Origin: a virus
Lineage: Duplodnaviria; Caudoviricetes
Strand: one strand, 5' to 3'
IMG/VR virus record: IMGVR_UViG_3300032305_001754
Location: 1 to 28,528 of that record
DNA length: 28,528 nucleotides
Below are positions 23,901 to 28,528 of this stretch, one piece after another (within the stretch, counting starts at the first letter, position 1; each line of letters starts with the position of its first letter). Under the pieces are notes generated by a model that saw only the letters and a program-made list of their open reading frames with translations, ran no database searches and was not told where the DNA came from. The position numbers and the translations under genes are program-made.

Positions 23901-24737
23901 CTAGAAGTCGAGTTCCACCAAACCGTGATACTGCTCGGGGAAGTAGTCGCCCGACGCCCGCCGATCACGAATCAGGTTGAGCGTGTCCTTGATCTCGAAG
24001 GCAGCGCGAGTCAGCACTCCTTCCGAGAGTTTCACGACACGCACCGCAAACGGCGCGAACGTCTGGACGACCACGAACGGAAACTCAAAGGCCTCGAATC
24101 CTGCGACCGCCGCCGCGTCCGAGTACCAGACAGCCTGCCAGTCGTATCCGAAACGTCCGAACGACCACTTCAGGTCACGCCACTCGCTGGACGTGGTCTT
24201 CAAGTCGAACCAACACTTGTCCGTCACACCGTCGGCGCGAGCCTTGCGGCGATGACCCTCGGCGTCTGTCCAGAACACCGTGTACTGCGTGTGAGTCGCA
24301 GCCTCCAGCAACGCGTTCGCCATGCGGTGCTTGCGGATCGAGGCGATGATCCGCTCGACCTTCACGAAGTCAGCCGCCGCGCACTCCAGAGCCCCAGGCA
24401 TCAGCGAGGCCCGCCACTCCTGGAAGGCCTTGCCTCGCCGGGAGCCGTCCGCCGCCAGCACCCCAGGCGGCGGCACGGCGACGGCGTTCCGCCAGTTGTT
24501 GCCCCGCATCTCGGCCTCGCAGGCCACGTCCACCAACGTGCCAAACGTCGTGGCCGAGTTGCCGCCGAACAGGCTCTCGCCGTAGGTGTCGACGTACCAC
24601 TGACTGGGGCCGCCATCGACGCCCCGGTAGCGATGGGCCGTCGACCGGCTGATGTGATCCCGCTCGGCGTGGTAAACCTCGTTGGGCATATCCATGTGAA
24701 TGGTGACGCTGGTTTCCGTGTCCGTACTGACGATCAT
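23901..24737 (-). CDS. RecE/exonuclease VIII-like PD-(D/E)XK nuclease (DUF3799-like)
   Basis: MPNEVYHA...ISRS, FGT, KARAD, FDLKTT, GYDWQA.WY. Confidence 0.9.
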   Translation of the reverse strand: MIVSTDTETSVTIHMDMPNEVYHAERDHISRSTAHRYRGVDGGPSQWYVDTYGESLFGGNSATTFGTLVDVACEAEMRGNNWRNAVAVPPPGVLAADGSRRGKAFQEWRASLMPGALECAAADFVKVERIIASIRKHRMANALLEAATHTQYTVFWTDAEGHRRKARADGVTDKCWFDLKTTSSEWRDLKWSFGRFGYDWQAVWYSDAAAVAGFEAFEFPFVVVQTFAPFAVRVVKLSEGVLTRAAFEIKDTLNLIRDRRASGDYFPEQYHGLVELDF

Positions 24738-26080
24738 GCGATTGCCCTCCGTTGCAGCCTCTTGAGAACTTCTTCCGTCACGTCTCGCTTCGATTGGAGG
24801 GCTCCGTAGATGGTGGCATCGACGGTGTCCTCGCAGATCAGGTGGTAGAAGCGACAGGGCCTGTTCTGGCCCGGCCGTCGCAGCCTCGCGAGGCTCTGCT
24901 CGAAGTCACCCAGCGAGTGCGACAGCGAGAAGTAAGCCGCGTAGGCCGCCCTGGTGCAGTCAACTCCAACTCCTCCGGCCTGTTGCTGCACGACGAGTGC
25001 GATCGTATCGCCGCGTTGCCATGTGTCCAGGGATTTTTTTCTGCCCGACAACTCGCTGTGCGAGATGCCAAGTCGGTCGAGAACAGACTGACAGACTTGG
25101 ATGTCATGGACAAACTTGCAGAAGATCACGATCGGCTCGTTGGCCGGCAGGCTTTCTAGCAACTCGGCAATCGCCTCGGCCTTCGGGTTGTCTCCCGAGA
25201 GTTTCACCGTCTCGCCGCTCTCGTCGACGGCGAAGCCTGACGTCGCCTGTTGCAGTCGCGTGACGACGACGAGTTTGTTCGCGGCCGTCACCGTCTCGCC
25301 GCTCTCCAGTGTCGCGACGAGATCGTCTTCGAGGCGGTCGTAATACTTGCGATTCGCAGGCGACAACCGAAGCGGCACGTCGACGTGCAGAATCTCCGGC
25401 AGCGTCAGGACGTCGTCAGCCTTGATGCGGTAGACGTGCGGGTCGATTCGACGACTCAGGGCCTCCAGGGCCTCACCCTTGAACTCCTTGACCCAGCCAG
25501 GGTATCGCGGATGCGTGACGGCGATCCTGGAGCGGTAGCCTGTGTACGATGAGCCGAGAATCTTCGGATCGAGGAAGCGGAACTGAGCCCACCAGTCGAG
25601 CGGCGAGTGCGGCGTCGGAGTCCCGGTCATGCAGATACGCTTCGCCTCGGGCTGCGAGGCCGCGAGTTTCGCGAGCCACCGCGAGGCCCGGCCGCTGGGA
25701 GACTTGACCTTGTGTGACTCGTCCAGAACGATCGCATCCCACTGAAGCGAGTTCACGGCCTTCCCGACGCCGCCTCGCCAGACGGCGTCGTAGTTCACGA
25801 TCACCGCGCACCGCTCGCCGGTTGCCGAGATCGACGCCGCCCGCCTCGCCGCCGACCCATCAACGGCGAGGCAGACGTCGCGGGTGTTGTCCCAGAGGCT
25901 GAACTGCTTGACCCAGGCAGGCCCAACCGCGATCGGGCAGACGATCAGCACTCGGCCGCACTGCCGCAGCCCCTCGATCGCGGCGGCGGACTTGCCAGTC
26001 CCCATGTCCGCCGCGATGAACGCGAACGGATTGCCGGCGATCATGGCCGCCTCTTCGAGTTGGTTGGGCCAGAGTTTCAT
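24734..26080 (-). CDS. SNF2-like superfamily 2 helicase
   Basis: Start re-called at ATG 26080. DMGTGKS, LIVCP, IVNYD, LDESH, MTGTP, GGVGVD, QSLARLRRPGQ. Confidence 0.95.
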   Translation of the reverse strand: MKLWPNQLEEAAMIAGNPFAFIAADMGTGKSAAAIEGLRQCGRVLIVCPIAVGPAWVKQFSLWDNTRDVCLAVDGSAARRAASISATGERCAVIVNYDAVWRGGVGKAVNSLQWDAIVLDESHKVKSPSGRASRWLAKLAASQPEAKRICMTGTPTPHSPLDWWAQFRFLDPKILGSSYTGYRSRIAVTHPRYPGWVKEFKGEALEALSRRIDPHVYRIKADDVLTLPEILHVDVPLRLSPANRKYYDRLEDDLVATLESGETVTAANKLVVVTRLQQATSGFAVDESGETVKLSGDNPKAEAIAELLESLPANEPIVIFCKFVHDIQVCQSVLDRLGISHSELSGRKKSLDTWQRGDTIALVVQQQAGGVGVDCTRAAYAAYFSLSHSLGDFEQSLARLRRPGQNRPCRFYHLICEDTVDATIYGALQSKRDVTEEVLKRLQRRAIA

Positions 26081-26361
26081 GTTGAGAGCCTTGCCTCGCA
26101 GGCTTCCGCAGCCTCCGACACCTGGGCCGCCCGCCGCCGCAGCACAGCAGCACAGTGGCCCCAGGCTTCGCCCTCGGTGGCGAATACCTTCGAGTCCGAG
26201 AACGGGCCTCCGTAGGTGTAGATGCCACCGTGCGAGGCCTTCACGACCACTTCGCCACGCTCGCCTTCCGCAACCACCGTACCCTCGGTGACGTGGCCCT
26301 TGGGCTCCGAGCCGGCTCCGTACACCGGAAGCGCGACAAACACCTTCTCTCCTGCCGTCAT
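26077..26361 (-). CDS. Hypothetical protein
   Basis: Start re-called at ATG 26361 (GAGGAGG SD). ATGA overlap with the helicase. Confidence 0.75.
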   Translation of the reverse strand: MTAGEKVFVALPVYGAGSEPKGHVTEGTVVAEGERGEVVVKASHGGIYTYGGPFSDSKVFATEGEAWGHCAAVLRRRAAQVSEAAEACEARLST

Positions 26362-26372
26362 TGCAATCCTCC

Positions 26373-26708
26373 TCAGGGGTAAAACGTGTCCATTGACGCC
26401 GCCGCGTCGCGGCAGCCCTTTGCGTGTGAACGCTCGCCGACCTTCGACCACAGTTCCGCAGCAGAAATAATCGCATCGACAGCCGCCGCGCCGAGGCCGG
26501 CACTCCGATAGAGCGACGACGCCTTCTCCAGCCGTCTCGCGTTCTTGCGGCAAGTCGCCCAGGCCACGCCACTGAGTTCGCCGACGAACTCCATGCCGCA
26601 CGTCTCCTGGGCTGCCTGAGATCGGAGCCGATCCGCCGCCTCGATCCGCTCATGGCGAATCTTGAGGAAGGGCCAGTTGAAAGCCGATTTTTTGCGTCGT
26701 CGCTCCAT
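26373..26708 (-). CDS. Hypothetical helical protein
   Basis: 111 aa, AGGAG SD. Confidence 0.7.
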   Translation of the reverse strand: MERRRKKSAFNWPFLKIRHERIEAADRLRSQAAQETCGMEFVGELSGVAWATCRKNARRLEKASSLYRSAGLGAAAVDAIISAAELWSKVGERSHAKGCRDAAASMDTFYP

Positions 26709-26735
26709 TGCTCCTGTCTCCTCTCGGGGTTTTCG

Positions 26736-26773
26736 TGTCCGGACAACCTAAGCCTTGGCCTTCTTCGCGTCAA
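26736..26773 (-). promoter_or_regulatory. Sigma70-like promoter with overlapping palindrome TGTCCGGACA
   Basis: TTGACG (26773-26768), 17 nt, TAGGTT (26750-26745). Perfect 10-bp palindrome at 26736-26745. Confidence 0.55.
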
Positions 26774-27080
26774 CCTTCTTCGGCGGCCGCTTCTTGCCGA
26801 CGATGACGTACGGTCGCGTGATGATCTGCGGCGAGGCGCGACGCCGACGGCCGGCGATGTGCAGCACCGTGTGAGCGCCGGCCTTGTCGATTGCCTCGAC
26901 CCACTCGCACTGACCTCGCCGGCAGAACGCGAGGAACACGAACGGCCCCTTCGCTGCGAGCGGAGTCTTCGTGCCATCGTCGCACTTCCACAGCGGGCCT
27001 CCCTTGGCGCGGAACACGTCGCCTCGCGACAGCAGGACTCGCTCGCTGACTCGGTAAGTCTCAAGTCTCTCAGTCTTCAT
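26748..27080 (-). CDS. Basic hypothetical protein
   Basis: 110 aa, Lys/Arg-rich C-terminus, fits the gene tiling. Confidence 0.7.
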   Translation of the reverse strand: MKTERLETYRVSERVLLSRGDVFRAKGGPLWKCDDGTKTPLAAKGPFVFLAFCRRGQCEWVEAIDKAGAHTVLHIAGRRRRASPQIITRPYVIVGKKRPPKKVDAKKAKA

Positions 27081-27120
27081 GCGCTTGGGTTCCTGTCCTG
27101 GTGGTGGTGATTTGGTCGGA

Positions 27121-27272
27121 GTCGCCGCTGCGGCTGCGTGATTTTCGCTGCCGGAGGATGGTATCCGGCTCCGCAGCGGCGGCCCCTCCCCAGGTTACTT
27201 ATGTCCGCCACTCTGGGTGTTGGCGGGCCACGCGGCCGATCGATGGATGGGAAGCCGCTTCGAGTCCGTGGC
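27121..27272. other. Structured intergenic region (candidate RNA element)
   Basis: Several nested stems in a gap of about 200 bp (see findings). Confidence 0.4.
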
Positions 27273-27277
27273 AGGCC

Positions 27278-27634
27278 TCATGCTTGGCGTTGCTTGATCT
27301 CCAGGTACAGGGCCTCAGGGGCCTTCGGGTAGTAGCGGTACAGCGCCGGGCAGAGCCAGCCTTCCTGGCCCGTGCCTTCGACGACGTACCAGTTGCCGCC
27401 GAACTCCGCCCGCGTCCGTCGGATCACCGTCTGGTGACCGGGGAACGGCTCGGAGGAGAACCGCAGCGTGAACCTCTCCCGACACGACTCGTCCACCTGG
27501 GCCGCCAGTTCTCGCAGCACGTCGTCGGCTCCGGCGACGAACGGCTCTCGGCTCAGGCCGACAGACGCGTCGTCGAACACCAGACTGCCCTCCTCGTCCC
27601 AGTACGGATGAATGACCAGAATCTGATTCGCCAT
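27278..27634 (-). CDS. DUF6717-like protein
   Basis: I.VIHPY...VFDD..VGL.REPFV.GAD...FS..PFPG.Q...GGNWY...EGWLCPAL..Y...AP. Confidence 0.8.
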   Translation of the reverse strand: MANQILVIHPYWDEEGSLVFDDASVGLSREPFVAGADDVLRELAAQVDESCRERFTLRFSSEPFPGHQTVIRRTRAEFGGNWYVVEGTGQEGWLCPALYRYYPKAPEALYLEIKQRQA

Positions 27635-27649
27635 GATGCACCCCTCTCT

Positions 27650-27949
27650 CTAGTTGCGTTCCGCAACCCGTCGGCGATGAAGTTTGTCCACAACATCGAC
27701 AGCCCCGATCGCCGCCAGGGACGTCAACGCAATTGTCAGGTTCGCTTCCGTCAGGATTCCGTTCTCCTCCATGCCGACCGCAGCCTCGGGCAACTCCTCG
27801 TCAATGATTCGGGGAATGGCTGCCCGCAGGCTATCTGCCAAGACCCTCGTCACCGCTTGAGCCTCGTCGTGGCTCCAGCCGTGGCCCTTGAGCCGACGCG
27901 CCGCGCACGCGCACATCAGGTCAAAGATTCCGTCCATGTTCAGGGACAC
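27650..27949 (-). CDS. Hypothetical helical protein (paralog of 27965-28270)
   Basis: AGGAG SD before GTG. LK..GWS..E and LHR.R.A..N shared with its neighbour. Confidence 0.75.
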   Translation of the reverse strand: MSLNMDGIFDLMCACAARRLKGHGWSHDEAQAVTRVLADSLRAAIPRIIDEELPEAAVGMEENGILTEANLTIALTSLAAIGAVDVVDKLHRRRVAERN

Positions 27950-27964
27950 GATCTACTCCTTTCT

Positions 27965-28270
27965 CTAGTTGCAGGCCGCGAGCCGCTTGCGATGCAACTC
28001 GCTCGCGATCTCGATGCCCCGCAGTGCGTACTCCGCTCTCACCAGACCGAACAGCGTCGTCTCGTCGAACCCGTGATCCGCCGTGTAGGCAGCGATTTCC
28101 TCGCTGATCACTTCGCGAGTCTTCGCGAGCGCTTCCAGCACAGTCAGGTGAATCGCCTGCTGCAACTGCTCGACCTCGACCGCAGACCACCCGAACTTCT
28201 TGAGAGACTTGAGCAAGACTCCCACCGTCAGGACGTAGCCCTCTTCCTCGTTGATGTCGATCTTGTTCAT
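27965..28270 (-). CDS. Hypothetical helical protein
   Basis: Start re-called at ATG 28270 (AAGGAGG SD, ATGA overlap). Confidence 0.75.
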   Translation of the reverse strand: MNKIDINEEEGYVLTVGVLLKSLKKFGWSAVEVEQLQQAIHLTVLEALAKTREVISEEIAAYTADHGFDETTLFGLVRAEYALRGIEIASELHRKRLAACN

Positions 28271-28528
28271 GCTTCGCCCTCCTTGTTGTTGACTTCCTCG
28301 AACACTTCCCCTGCGTGGTCGTGATACCACTCGCACACCTTCTGCTCGATGTAGCAGTAGATCGCGACCATCCCGTTGTTCTCTCGCGGGTTCTCGCCGA
28401 TGCCGGCCGTCTCGTAGGCCTCCTCCAGGTCGCGGCCGTGCAGAAACCACGCGGCCTCGATGTCGGATGTCCTGTGTGGCACTTCGCCGTCGATGATGCC
28501 GTGGACGTCGCCGCTGTAGTCCAGGTCG
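28267..28528 (-). CDS. Ocr-like acidic DNA-mimic (anti-restriction) protein, 5' end outside the window
   Basis: Frame open to the window edge: DLDYSGDVHGIIDGEVPHRTSDI...GRDLE..YE.AGI...YIEQ, resembling T7 gp0.3. 21 D/E versus 5 K/R in 86 aa. Confidence 0.65.
   Translation of the reverse strand, partial: DLDYSGDVHGIIDGEVPHRTSDIEAAWFLHGRDLEEAYETAGIGENPRENNGMVAIYCYIEQKVCEWYHDHAGEVFEEVNNKEGEA

Noticed and set aside
26081-27064. N-terminal extension making the SNF2 helicase 776 aa
   Set aside because: Arg-rich nonsense overlapping three better genes. The helicase motifs begin right after ATG 26080, which overlaps the upstream stop.
1-28528. tRNA, rRNA, CRISPR array, integrase, transposase, terminase or capsid genes
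   Set aside because: None was recognisable by eye, so lifestyle (temperate versus lytic) cannot be determined from this window.

Overview
A high-GC segment of a tailed dsDNA phage (or prophage). About 50 tightly packed genes all lie on the minus strand, many with ATGA/GTGA/TAGTG stop-start overlaps, so transcription runs right to left. In that order: early genes (a truncated Ocr-like acidic DNA mimic, a paralog pair, a DUF6717-like gene); a replication/recombination module (SNF2-type helicase, RecE/DUF3799-like nuclease, putative SSB, prim-pol, AT-rich putative origin, UvrD-like helicase); a trypsin-like protease; an amino-DNA methyltransferase; two probable free-standing homing endonucleases; VRR-NUC; a GNAT/FkbM/glycosyltransferase block flanked by two related HTH proteins; a membrane/secreted block with a papain-like peptidase and a holin-like gene; and tail-fibre/adhesin genes (HxH repeats, LamG, 5x FN3, LRR). 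A Planctomycetota host is my inference from the gene families and is not verified. The most notable signal is a 1.3 kb block of small accessory genes (about 1096-2410) inside the tail module. It has its own promoter, a compact 49-bp integron attC-like site oriented opposite to the genes, and GTT/AAC-bounded units, suggesting a phage-borne inverted cassette array with no integrase in the window. All family assignments come from motif recognition by eye; no database searches were run.
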